DNA from: Octopus sinensis
Lineage: Eukaryota
Direction of reading: 5' to 3'
NCBI RefSeq assembly: GCF_006345805.1
Contig: NC_043001.1
Span: 87,668,001 to 87,732,000 of the forward strand
Length of the DNA stretch: 64,000 nt
Position numbers and translations under genes: made by a program. Shown here one piece after another: positions 28,293 through 42,209 of this stretch. The notes below the pieces were generated by a model, which was not told the origin of the DNA, made no database searches, and saw nothing but the letters and a program-made list of their open reading frames with translations. Within the stretch, counting starts at the first letter, position 1; each line of letters begins with the position of its first letter.

Positions 28293-28390
28293 TGTACTCA
28301 TACACACACACAAACACACACATATACACGTATACACACTTATATATGCTCACACATATTCAATACACAAATGCACACATGCATATGTGT

Positions 28391-28487
<97 letters not shown>

Positions 28488-29375
28488 CCCACTCTTCTTC
28501 CCAAAAAGAAAAGCTCGAATTTGTATTTTGTTCCTTCTGTGTTCAGCCCCGCGTGGCCAATAAAGAAATCTATCTATATATATAGTTTAGAGTTATATAT
28601 ATATCTGTAGTTAGAGAGGATACTGTGGTAGCTCTCAGTTATGTTCCAGGTTACAGCTAACCACATCAATTAGTATTTAAAGTCTATGATTACTAGGAGT
28701 AGTCATTCATACTATAAATTCGTCTGATGGGTAATAGTGTCTTTGCTTCACTGGATAGTAATATTATCTGCAGTGTATATTTGCAATAATTATAACAATA
28801 GAGACTATGGAAACTGGTACAGTGTCACACACACACAGTCTCTCTCTTTCCCTCTCTCTTCCTCTCACTCTCTTTCTCTCTTTCTCTGTCTGCCTCACTC
28901 TCTCTCTCTTGGCCAGGTAACCACATATCTCCCCTATAGCAAGACACTTGTTTCTGCCTCTCTCTGTCACAAGATCTGATACAAGATCATCTCCTCCAAT
29001 CCCTCCCCCCTCTCAAAATTCTTGTCTTGCAAGTTATTTGGTGACCCTGCCGGTGCTGGTGCCAAGTAAAAAGCAATCGGTCCACTCTATGGGGTGGTTA
29101 GCATTAGAAAGGGCATCTATCCATAAAAACCATGCCAAAACAGACAAAATAGTGTGGTGTAGTCTCCCACCTGGCTGGCTCCTGTCAAACTATCCAATTC
29201 ATGCCAGTACGGAAGATGAAGATGATGATGATGACAATGACGATGATGATGACAATGATGATGATGATGATACAGAATATTATATAATAATAATATGTTG
29301 TATGACATTGTCAAATATGGAAATAAATTTTGAGGAAGTATCAGTTTCCATATTCTCTATCATTATAATTATTGC

Positions 29376-29500
<125 letters not shown>

Positions 29501-29766
29501 TGTGTGTGTGTGTGTTATATATATATATATATATATATATGTTTGTATATTCATACACTAGAAGAAACCACTATCCATATATATATTGAACATATATAAG
29601 AAATGGGTGTTAACTTATTTATTGAACTTAAGCATTACAACAAACAAAAATACAAAGAGCTTTTCTTAGATGAATAGCTTGGTGGCTCGAAGATATGAGT
29701 ATAAAACAAATAAAAACAATATTATAATAATGCTGTTAAAGTGCACACACAAATTTAGCAGGATTA

Positions 29767-31057
29767 CGAGGGGCGTTCAATAAGTAATTCCCCTGACCCA
29801 CTTCCCATAGCAGTAGAGCAACGAAACTTGGCACAGTTATTAGTCTTTTTCTACATAGGAACCACCCAGAGTTAGGCATTTCTCCCATCGTTTGATGCAG
29901 CTCTGAAGACCGTTTCTGTAGAAGACACCAGCTTGGTCCTCCAGCCACGACGTGACTTCAGAAATCAAGGCTGCATCATCTGGGAAACGCTTTCCTTTCA
30001 AAAACAACTTCATGGCTGGGAAGAGGTGAAAATCAGAAGGTGCAAGGTCAGAAGAGTAGGGGGATGGGGGAGGAGTTCATAGCCGCATGCTTGTGCTTCT
30101 GATCTGGCGACACGCGAGTTGTGGACCAGAGCGTTGTCTTGCAGGAGGAGGATGCCTTTGCTGATCTTGCCCCGCCTCTTGATTTTGATAGCTTCTCTTA
30201 ATTTCCTCAAAAGTGAAGCATAATAGGCTCCTGTAATTGTGGCACCATTTGCCAGGAAATCTGTCATCACTACTCCGTCCTGGTCCCAGAAGACTGTGAG
30301 CATGACCTTGCCAGCGGAGGGCTGCACCCTTGCCTTCTTTGGAGGAGGGGAGTTACAGTGCTTCCACTGCATTGACTGGGCTTTGGTCTCTGGATCATAG
30401 TGGTGGACCCAGGTTTCATCCTGTGTAATCAGTCTTTTGAAAAATTTTGACTCATCTACTTGGCACATCTCCAAATTCATCTTCGAGCAATCGACGCGTT
30501 CTTGCTTCTGGAAAGATGTGAGCAACCTGGGAATCCATCTGGCAGACACCTTTTGCATATGCAAATGGTCATGAATGATAGTTTCCACAGACCCAGTACT
30601 AATCTTGACCTCATGGGCTATTTCGCGAATAGTTATGCGTCGATCTTCCAAAATGGCAGCCTCAACTTGACGGACAGATGCCTCATCAATGGCAGAAGGG
30701 GGCGACCAGATCTGGGAGCTGTTTCCACAGAGTTCCAATCATGTTTGAATTCACGATGCCAGCGTTTTACAAGGTCATATGATGGGGCATTATCACAATA
30801 AGTTATTTTCATTTAGTCAAAAGTCTCCCGTGGTGTGCGTCCTTTCAAATACAAAAACCGGATCACTGCTCGACATTCAACAGACTCCATTTCACACTTG
30901 ACTCAGTTCAAACACCTGTAAATCAGAAACCACAATTAGTTTAGAGCTGTAATTTGCCACTTAATCTATAGAGATATAAATAATTGCACATGCAAAATTT
31001 CAGCTAGATCGAACAACTTCAAGTGGATCAGGGGCATTACTTATTGAACGCCCCTCG
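29767..31057 (-). mobile_element. Full-length (1291 bp) irritans-subfamily-like mariner; transposase pseudogene (1 stop, ~2 frameshifts)
   Basis: 34-bp TIRs cgaggggcgttcaataagtaat(t/g)cccctga(c/t)cca, TA on both sides; WIPRLL, TQDETW, QDNA, YSPDLAPSD (D,D34D). Confidence 0.96.
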
Positions 31058-31420
31058 TATATAGTAACAATCTATTTCTGTGAGTAGTATACTTCTTACT
31101 CATAGAATAATGAAGGAGACAATTGAAGATCAAACACTGTAAAACATGAAATATAGTCCAAGAATAATTTTCCATTTTTAGTTTTTCTAGAATTTTCATT
31201 TCATTTTGTTGTGTTTGGGGAGAATTATTCTGGTTTGATGTCTTATTAACTCACACCAGTTTGATTTCTAATTATTTATTTATTTATTTTTTTTTGTTCT
31301 AAAAATTTCCTTGCTTCTTGCAATGTCTTCAATAGTTGTTGACTATGTCCATTATCAGAGTTGTGTTTCTTTTTGCTTGTTTGTGCACATGTGTGTGCAT
31401 CAGTGTGCATGTATATACAC

Positions 31421-31451
<31 letters not shown>

Positions 31452-32289
31452 TGTATGTATGTATGTATGTATGTATGTATGTATGTATGTATGTATGTAT
31501 GTGTGTGTATGCATGCATGTATGTATGTACGTACGTATGTATCTATGTATGTATGTATGTATACATGTATGTATGTATTCTGCATATTCATGTATTTGTG
31601 TATGCATATTTGTGTGTTTGTATGTATGTTATTTCCCTTAGGTGGGGCATATTTTTGCAGAGATTGTGCTATGTGCAACATTTTAGAAAAGGGTTCGTAG
31701 CTCCCTTGGGAAGAATCCAGAGACTCAGGACCACTTCCATCGGCTTCCTTGGAATATTTTACTCAAGAATTAACTTTTAGTTTTTATGTAAATGCTATAG
31801 CCTGTCTTCCTATAACAACAGACAGACATGAACACAGACGTTCATCATATATACAAGCAGTAATAATCGTTGTTGACTGGGTAATTACTTTTCCTGTGTC
31901 TGTGGCTGAGAGGCTAGAAAAATGGGTATATCATATAGAAAAATAGCTTTACGGAATCCAGTTGACTGCAATGGCACTGAAAAGGCTGCGGGTCAAGCGT
32001 TTGTTTGGTGTTCAGCTTGTGACGGAGAAATTTTTTTGATTAGGAATATCAGTAAGTAATAGTGAAATGAAATTACAAATGCTGTGTCCTCTCAATGTTA
32101 GTACTGAAATTCCGACGCTATATTACAGGAATGGAAGGCAAAGCAACAGTAAGTAAAAGTCCAATGAAATTACAAATGCTGTGACCTGTCAGTCAGATTT
32201 AGGTTTACTTGTCCTGCATGTGTATACTATATAAGAGAAAAACATGTAATAATTGAAGTAGAAAAAAGATGGATTTCATACACGAACTT

Positions 32290-32575
32290 CTGTTTGTTCT
32301 TCAAGTTGCAATCCAGCAACTTTTAGCATTTGGCCCTAATTTTTATTAATGTTCATGGCAAAAGAAAGTGGGATAGGAAACTGTAAGGGCTTAAATTTGA
32401 ATGGGACATTAGATGGTATAACTGGTATGTGAGGAATGAAGATGGTGTAACGTTTATCACTACCAGTGAGAATATTTGCCTCAATGCAGTTCATCATAGG
32501 TTTGTGCACAATTAGTATTGCTTCCCTTGAACCATTTACTTTCATTTTTATGGGACAAACAAACACACAAATGGA
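32290..32575 (-). mobile_element. Helitron helicase C-terminal fragment
   Basis: IEANILTG...FIPHIPVIPSNVPFKFKPLQFPIPLSFAMNINK, matching the PIF1 FP..LAFAMTINKSQG motif. Confidence 0.9.
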
Positions 32576-32610
32576 CAGAATCTCTCTTTTATATATATAT
32601 ATATATATGT

Positions 32611-32950
32611 GTGAAGGTGCATGGCTCAGTGGTTAGGGTGTTGAGCTTACGATTGTGAAGTTTTGCGTTTGATTCCCAGACTGGGCTGCGTGTTGTGTTC
32701 TTGAGCAAGAAACTTTATTTCAAGTTGCTCAAGTTCACTCAGCTCTAGAAATGAGTTGCAACATCACAGATGGCAAGCTGTATCTGCCTTTGCCTTTCCC
32801 TTGGATGACATCGGTGGCATGGAGAGGGGAGGCTGGTATGCATGGGTGACTGCTGGTCTTCCATAAACAACCTTACCCGGTCATGTGCCTCAGAGGGTAA
32901 CTTTCTAGGTGCAATCCCATGATCTGTGTCATGACTGAAGGGGGTATCTG
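32611..32950 (+). mobile_element. Intact family B SINE inside a (TA)n tract
   Basis: A/B boxes; same body as 12731-13385 and 42832-43174. Confidence 0.9.
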
Positions 32951-33001
32951 ATATATATATATATATATGCCACTCACACATGCACACACTCAAATAAATG
33001 G

Positions 33002-33032
<31 letters not shown>

Positions 33033-34134
33033 AACAGACATGCACACACACACACACACACACACACACTCATAGGTATATGTATGTATGCAAGTTGGCA
33101 AACTTAAGATAAATACATACATTTGCATATATAGGTGAGTAGCAGATTAGACATATACTCAACACTTAGACATACTCATAGCAATAACATACCTTATATA
33201 TACTGAGGTTTATATTCATTGGTAGATATAGTAAATATATTACTTTACTGTTGTTAGTCATTGGACTGCAGCCATTTTGGGGTATTGCCTTTCAGAGTTT
33301 TATTCAATCACGTTGGTCCCAGTATTCAATGAATTGCTTACTTTATGGAAAGGTTATGTTGACCTAAGTTATGTCCCTTTAGAGAATTACCTCCCTTCTA
33401 CCGATATACCTATCAGTGTATTTATACCTATGCACATGCATACATTCATATATATATATACACACATACGTACATATACATACACATATATACAGAAATA
33501 TATGTGTAGACTAACATTAAAAATGTCTTTTTGATAAAAATATGGGCTTGGGGTTTGCAGTATTCAACTCCTTTTAAGCCTTTTATGTTGTAAACTGCAA
33601 AAAAAAAAAAAGGAATATGCATGAATATATGTATACATACATACATTCATACATACCTATACACACATGCCTGCATGCATACATACACACACACGTACAT
33701 TAACAGAAACATATACAACTTCAATTACACACAGCTTATGAGAAATTTGACATACACATATACATACATACACATAAAAATTCATGCCTTTAAAAACAAA
33801 CACTGACCCCTACAAATGCTAACTAGACCTATCATACACATATAGATCCCATTATATAACACAAAAATAAACTAAAGTACTCACATATACACATCTGTAA
33901 TAATGCACACGTGCATAGCTATCCAGGGACACTCCCTAACATGCAAGTAATTTAGTTAAAGGATTCTGACAGGGGCTGGGGTAGGTGGTGGTGCTAGAGG
34001 AGAAACAGTGGGTATACGGAGGGATATCCTGTCCAGTTTTTATATTTATCTCATCTAACCAGCTTGACTATTTACAAGACTACTTATGTACTGTATGCTA
34101 AATCCACACCTCTCTCTCTCTCTTACTCTCTATC

Positions 34135-34460
34135 ACACACACACACACATTTGTGTACATAGTGACTCAATGAATGCTAAACAGACAGACTGTCAATCAA
34201 TTTATCTGTGTGCTGTTTTTAACGTTAATGTGTGTGTGTGTGCATGTATGCTTGTGTGTGTGTGTGTGCATGTGTGTCTGGCTACTAATATCTGACTTAT
34301 CGACCACAGCTGGTTCACCTAAATCACATTTTAACCTGCTACTTATCTAAGCTGATGTAATATACTTTTCTCATCTTGATGCACACACACACACACATAC
34401 ACACACACACATGCACACACACACACACGCACACACACACATGCACGCAACACACACATG

Positions 34461-34507
<47 letters not shown>

Positions 34508-34555
34508 GTATGTATGTAGATGTATATATATGAATGTATATATATATATATATAT

Positions 34556-34602
<47 letters not shown>

Positions 34603-34726
34603 ATATACACATATATATATATTAACACACACTCACACAAATGTATACATATGTATGTATAATGCATGTATACATATGTTCATTAATAATAATGATAATA
34701 ATAATAATAATAATAATAACAATAAA

Positions 34727-34763
<37 letters not shown>

Positions 34764-35328
34764 TAATAATAATAATAATAATAAAAATAATAATAATAGG
34801 TATTACTGTTATTATTTATTCATTTATGTATCCATTAATCCTTTACCTTTACTTCTTTCGTGTCATTATTCGCAGCACAGCCATTTCATTGGAAGACTGA
34901 GCCACCAACCAGGACAAACACACAGATACACATCACATACGCCCAAACTTAGATAGATAGATACATACACACATACACACACACATACACACACACATAC
35001 ACACACACACACATTTGTGTACATAGTGACTCAATGAATGCTAAACAGACAGACTGTCAATCAATTTATCTGTGTGCTGTTTTTAACGTTAATGTGTGTG
35101 TGTGTGCATGTATGCTTGTGTGTGTGTGTGTGCATGTGTGTCTGGCTACTAATATCTGACTTATCGACCACAGCTGGTTCACCTAAATCACATTTTAACC
35201 TGCTACTTATCTAAGCTGATGTAATATACTTTTCTCATCTTGATGCACACACACACACACATACACACACACACATGCACACACACACACACGCACACAC
35301 ACACATGCACGCAACACACACATGTATG

Positions 35329-35360
<32 letters not shown>

Positions 35361-35417
35361 ATGTATATGTATGTATGTAGATGTATATATATGAATGTAT
35401 ATATATATATATATATA

Positions 35418-35467
<50 letters not shown>

Positions 35468-35600
35468 TATATATTAACACACACTCACACAAATGTATAC
35501 ATATGTATGTATAATGCATGTATACATATGTTCATTAATAATAATGATAATAATAATAATAATAATAATAACAATAAAAATAATAATAATAATAATAATA

Positions 35601-35636
<36 letters not shown>

Positions 35637-35864
35637 TAATAATAATAGGTATTACTGTTATTATTTATTCATTTATGTATCCATTAATCCTTTACCTTTA
35701 CTTCTTTCGTGTCATTTATTCGCAGCACAGCCATTTCATTGGAAGACTGAGCCACCAACCAGGACAAACACACAGATACACATTCACATACGCCCAAACT
35801 TAGATAGATAGATACATACACACATACACACACACATACACACACACATACACACACACACACA
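34135..35864. repeat. Tandem duplication, ~864-bp period
   Basis: Unique anchor atttgtgtacatagtgactc at 34149 and 35013; copies differ mainly in microsatellite lengths. Confidence 0.95.
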
Positions 35865-36252
35865 TATATACATACATAGATATCTTACCAAATTGAATCT
35901 AAAGTCTTTTCTTTCATGAGCGGAGGTTTTACAGCCAACAGACTTTTACAGAGGACAGTGTAGAAGTAAACGGTAAAATTAAAAACTATTTTAGTTCAAA
36001 GTAAAACTACATGCTGTTATTGATATTATTATTATAATTATCATTATCATTATTATCATCCTTACCACCACCACAATCACCACCGTAATCATCAGTAAAA
36101 GCTGCAATTCTGTGTATTTCTAGTTCGCAAGCTAACCTATTTTTGTTTTTGTCAATAACATATATATATTTTCTTTCTCTTTCTCTGATTTATTAATTTC
36201 CTAATCTGGCATTTGAACACACACATATATATAAACATATATATATGTATAT

Positions 36253-36360
<108 letters not shown>

Positions 36361-36386
36361 ACATATATACGTATATATATATGTGT

Positions 36387-36426
<40 letters not shown>

Positions 36427-36727
36427 GTATGTATATATATATATACATGTGTGTGTGTATATATATTTATGTGTGTATGTGTGTATATATTTATGTATCT
36501 GTATGTATTTACAGTTAATAGTTTCCTTGTTTTTATATTTATCCACCAATATATATATCTATGTGTGTGTGTGTGCATGTGTGTGTGTGTGTGTGCACGT
36601 GTGTGTGTGTGTCTATATGTATACACACACATATATACTTATTTGAAAAATATACCTAACTGTACTTAACTGTACCAATGATGTTCATACATTTTCCAAT
36701 ATACATACATACATACATACATACGTG

Positions 36728-36797
<70 letters not shown>

Positions 36798-36804
36798 TAT
36801 ATAC

Positions 36805-36852
<48 letters not shown>

Positions 36853-36889
36853 GTATATATATATCAATATCTATCTATCTATCTATCTA

Positions 36890-36946
<57 letters not shown>

Positions 36947-37019
36947 GTGTCTGTCTGTCTATCTATCTATATATTTATTTATTTATATATATATACATAT
37001 TTATGTATGCATGTATATA

Positions 37020-38308
37020 TTAGGTTGTCAAAAAAGGTTTTGCAAAATTTTAAATTTTGGTTTCAAATGATGTATTTTCAAATTAATTTTCATTAAATTA
37101 CTTTGAGTTTACATATAATTTTAAAGCCTGATTTTCGCTCCATCTAATCATGTTACTCTTTTTACTTTTTGAATAATTTGATTATTTTCTCTGGAACGTT
37201 GAATACAACATGGACAAAAAGCAAATTTGCACAATTTTCGTATTCCAGTTTAAGCTAGGCCGGAAAGCTGCTGAAACAGCTCGTGATATCAATGATGCAT
37301 TTGGCCCAGGAACCACTAATGAACATACAGTGCAATGGTGGTTCAAGAAATTTTGTAGCGGTGATGAGAGTCTTGAAGATGACAAGAGTAGTGGTCGGCC
37401 ATTGGATGTTGACAACAATTAACTAAGAGTCTTAGTCGAAGCCAATCCATGCACAACTGTTCGAGAGCTTGCTTCTGATTTAGATGTAATGTATATGACA
37501 ATTTCCAACCACTTGAAAGAGATTGGAAAAACAAAAATACTTGAGATATGGGTGCCGTACAAATTGAATGACAACCAAAAAAAACGTCATTTTGAAGTGT
37601 CGTCTTCCCTTCTTTTTTGCGCAACAAGAATGACCTGTTTCTTGACCAGATTGTGACTTGTGATGAAAAGTGGATTCTTTATGACAACTGGCGATGCTCA
37701 ACTCAGTGGTTGGATGCTGATGGAGCTCCACGGCACTTCCCGAAGCCAAAGTTGCACCAAAAGAAGGTCATGGTGACTGTTTGGTGGTCTGTGGCTGGCC
37801 TCATCCATCACAGCTTTTTGGATCCAGGCGAAGCCATTACAGCAGAGAAGTACTGTCAGCAAATGGAGGAAATGCATAAGAAACTCTTACAACATCAGCC
37901 AGCATTGGTCAATAGAAAAGGACCAATTCTTCTCCACGACAACGCTCGACCACACGTCGCACAACTGACCCTGCAGAAGTTGAACGAATCGGGCTACGAA
38001 ACTCTGCCTCATCTGCTATACTCACTAGACCTCTCACCTACCGACTACTACATTTTCAAGTATCTTGACAACTTCCTGTATGAGAAATGCTTCAAAAACC
38101 AAAACGATACCAAACACACCTTCAACGACTTCATCGCCACCAGAACACAGGATTTTTACGCTACTGGCATAAATAAACTTATTTTGCATTGGCAAAAGTG
38201 TGTTGATTCTGATGGTATTTATTTTGATTAATAAAGTTTTGTTTGAGCTGAGATATGTACATCTGAATTTAAAGGTTAAAAATTGCAAGACCTTTCTTGA
38301 CAACCTAA
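37020..38308 (+). mobile_element. Full-length (1289 bp) cecropia-subfamily (Hsmar1-like) mariner; transposase 37210-38231 with 1 stop and 1 frameshift
   Basis: TIRs ttaggttgtcaa(a/g)aaagg(t/t)(t/c)ttgcaa, TA TSD; DKKQI..GRKAAET..TVQWWFKKF, TCDEKW, HDNARPH, SPTDY. Confidence 0.96.
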
Positions 38309-38598
38309 TATTTATATATATACAAACACACATATATACATATATATATACATATGTATATACATATATATATATATATACATACATATGTATGGTATAT
38401 ATATTGTATGTATATGTCTTTATATGTATATATGTATATATGTATATATGTATTTTATGTATGCATATATGTATATATTTATGGCCGTGTGGTAAGAAGC
38501 TTGCTTCTAAACCACATGGCTCTGGGTTCAGTTGCACTATATGGCACCTTGGGTAAGTGTCATCTATAGCCTTGGGCTGACCAAAACCTTGTAAATGC

Positions 38599-38629
<31 letters not shown>

Positions 38630-38740
38630 CATAGAACTCAATATACATATATTTCAGAATGAAGTGTTGACTGAGAATATAGAGCAGTAATAAGGAAGGG
38701 AGATGATAAAGGAATAATTGATTATCTTATGAACTTCATT

Positions 38741-38820
38741 ATCTTACAGCTGTTTCTGCTATAAGATGCTGTGGACTCATAACTGAGTGCCTGAGTAACA
38801 CCTTATTGTTTCATCAGAGT
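38741..38820 (-). ncRNA. Hammerhead-ribozyme-like core (minimal type I)
   Basis: CTGATGA (38817-38811), stem II ATAAGGTGT/GCATCTTAT, GAAAC-AGCT-GTA with palindromic stem III; stem I weak (2 bp). Confidence 0.5.
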
Positions 38821-38828
38821 CTCAAATA

Positions 38829-38899
38829 TGAAGTGCAATTTATTTGGGAAAGAATTACCTTTGTCAAATGTAATTCTTTCCCAAATAAAATGCACTTCA
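38829..38899. repeat. 71-nt hairpin: 30-bp arms, 1 mismatch, 11-nt loop
   Basis: tgaagtgcaatttatttgggaaagaattac / gtaattctttcccaaataaaatgcacttca. Confidence 0.95.
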
Positions 38900-40129
38900 A
38901 TCAGCAGAAGATCCCCTCTGCTGATTGGCACTCCATCTCTAACAGATACACTCCAGCCTCTGATCCACAGACATTTTGTCTCTTCTCTCTGACATTTTTA
39001 TTACTACTATAATGGTCTCAGCTTCTCAGAGCTGGTTGGTCTTATACGTCCACCAATCAAGCTCAAGCACCTTTCAGCATTCTTAGTGTGACCAACCTTT
39101 CTTTCCTTGTACTAACCATTATTCCCAGTCCTTCATTCCCAAATAATTGACTCTTTGAAATCTCCTCTCTCCTCACATCTTTCCTGCAGATGTTAACAAG
39201 AAATAATTTAAAAAGAATATTAAAGGCATCAGTCTCACTCACCTTGGAAAGCCTGCAAGAGCCATGGGCTTACCTTTTCTTCAAGGCTCATCAAATAAAA
39301 ATGATAACATAAGAAATAATAATAGCTAGAAAAGTAAACACCGTCTCTGGCTAAAGAAATCTACATTTTTGTTTCTTCATGATAAAGTAAAACATTTGAT
39401 AACAACTGAACCTCACACAAGCAAATTATATAACTCTCTCTCATATAATAAATTTGTTCACCATCAATGCTATATTGTTCAGGCTTTTGTTGCCAGTATG
39501 TTGAGCAATATGGAGGTAAATACTCATGATTATGTACCTATTGCTGATAGGCAGAACTGTGAAGAAATGAATCCTCCATATTTTCTACCCGTGCAGGTTT
39601 CTCAGAAAATATGTGTCTGCTGCCATAGAACTCATTGGATTCATCTGAAATATTGGCAGATTTACATCAATCTACTATTAACATGAATGTCAGTTGGATT
39701 AGCTTCAAGTAGTTCAGCTTTATCTCCTAGAAGATCATTCTTGTTAGGTTGGATAAGTTGATGTTAAAGACAAGACTTGGATTTAATAGCTATGCTGAAA
39801 GAGAAATACCCTGACAATACTTTCTAGGAAATTTGAAAAATACCTTGTAGTCAGGAATACAATGTGACTTTACAGTAAGGCATATGGACTTTCAAATAAT
39901 GCCATTATATATTTCAATTTGATTATTTCTTGTTGCCTGGTAAGAAGTGACCTTACAATATGCCTCACACTGACCAGTTTGGTAAGTTTTTACTTCACAA
40001 GATATAAATGAAATTCCTCTATCTGAATGAACAAAAGCATAAAGATGAAGTTTAGACATCTGACTACAGGCATGGATGCCATATCCTTGCAGAGAATAGT
40101 AAAAGAAAACTTGGAGTATTGATCAACAG

Positions 40130-40530
40130 CACTAAAAAGATATGTACATCTTGTGCGAGATGAAAGAGGACCTTTAAAGTTGGACCTTTAAAGGACCTGG
40201 TAAGGTCAATGCTGCAGGAGCAAGTGATTTAGAAATGATTGATATGGAGGTGCTATTGTAAGAAATTGCCGAATGGGCATACGAATTGGGTATAAAAGAA
40301 ATCAGATGTAGTGTACAAGAGAAAAGGTTGTGTCGGTAAGAGTATGTGAAGCATGTAGAGGATAAAGAAGTGCAAGGCTCAAAAATGGATATGGAAGACC
40401 AAGCATGAGATTAGATGAAGTGATGAAGACCCTGGTCTCAGGATGCTATGCCTTACAGTGGAGGTGACAAAGGACTTAAATGGTTAGTGACATGCAGTAC
40501 TGGAAAAGACCTACCTACCTTTGCAACATA
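40130..40530 (+). mobile_element. Highly degenerate RTE-type LINE 3' fragment
   Basis: Residual similarity to 54366-54641 (gtgtacaagagaaaaggttg..., ggaagacc..., gatgaagtg). Confidence 0.55.
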
Positions 40531-40947
40531 CATCAAAAATGTAAAAATTTTAGAAACTGAGAGTAATGACAAGGCCATGAAATGAATGCTACAAATGTAA
40601 AAACATTAAAACTAGCAAAAATTATGGGAGTTGGGAGGTATTGACATTTGGGTCTCTAGTCTAATAGACTCAGCTAAGCCTACATCTATTGCCTCACTTG
40701 ATACCCCCTTGTCCCCCTTTCACTAATTTTTTTCCTCTATTCACAGTACTATGCTGCTAGTGTAACTAAGGGTGGCATACTCTCCCTCTCTAACTACTCT
40801 CTCACTTGCAATGCACTGTTTCTATCATTATGCTCCTGCTACTCCAACTCATCCACTCTTTCACTTTTTCTGTCATCAATTTCTCTACCATTTACTTCTT
40901 GAGCTATACCTTGAGTGAATGAACATATAGAAACAGTGAGGACTCTT

Positions 40948-41184
40948 TTGAAAGGTGGTGAGCTGGCAGAATCGTTAGCACACCGGGCAAAATGCTTAGC
41001 AGTATTTCGTCTGCCACTATGTTCTGAGTTCAAATTCCACCGAGGTCAACTTTGCCTTTTATCCGTTCGGGGTTGATTAAATAAGTACCAGTTATGCACT
41101 GGGGTTGATATAATCGACTTAATCTATTTGTTTGTCCTTGTTTGTCCCCTCTGTGTGTAGCCTCTTGTGGGCAGTAAAGAAATA
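40948..41184 (+). mobile_element. Family D tRNA-derived SINE
   Basis: 19-bp TSD agaaacagtgaggactctt at 40929-40947 and 41185-41203. Confidence 0.93.
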
Positions 41185-42209
41185 AGAAACAGTGAGGACT
41201 CTTCAGACTTAGAGAGTACAAGGTAACTGTTCTAGTGCTAGTATCATAATAAACTGCATTCAGCAGAGTATGTGAAGTGGTTGGTAAAATGGAGGGCATC
41301 CAGCCATAGAAACCAAACTGAAAAGGAAATGCATGAGCAAGATGTCGCTGTCCAGTTTGTCTGAAATTGGAGGGTGATACGCTCTGAATAAGAACTGACT
41401 CAGACAATCTGTCCCACCCATGCCAACATGGAAAGGAGGCATAAAATGACAATGACAATGATGATGATGGTGATGATGCAGATGGGGATGATACATATAT
41501 GCATCACCAATATCCAATAGTTTTGAAATAAGATGATACTACTTGATGGCTGGATATGTTTTCATAGAAGATTAGGAATGATTGACACTACCTCTATGAT
41601 GGTAAATGCTTGTTAAGACTAGAGACAGACACAAACACACTCAAACATACTCACTCACACACATACATATAAACACACAAATACACACACAAACATGCAC
41701 ACACACACACACATACACACATCTGCACACAAACATACATAAACATACACACATGTGCACCATATACACACATGTGCACACAAACAAATACACACGCATG
41801 CACACACACACACATACACAGATGCACACAATAGGCTTCTTTTAATTTTCATCTCCCAGAGATAATGATGATGATCATGATGAGGATACATACAACAGAT
41901 TTCCTGATAATTTCACTCCTCCAAATTTTATCCACAAGGCAAAAAAAAAAAAAAGAAAGAAAACGAAACCAACACTAGAATGTGTTAGACTGTTTTGTCC
42001 CACATAGTAAACTAATATTTTTGAGTTTTGTGAGAAACTAGGCTTTGTACTTACTCTTTGCTGATACTAACCTATTTTTAGTTTCTTTGCTTCACAAGCT
42101 CATTATAAAATGTCCTAAAGTTGAAGTGAGTGGTACTACTTAAATATCTGATACCACAATAGGATTAATTAACCAGAGTCAGCAACCATTATACATTCAC
42201 TAAATTCTC

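Noticed and set aside
39240-39990. Cluster of strong-looking splice signals on both strands
   Set aside because: No stop-free frame across any candidate exon and implausibly short introns; a non-coding exon cannot be excluded without RNA data.
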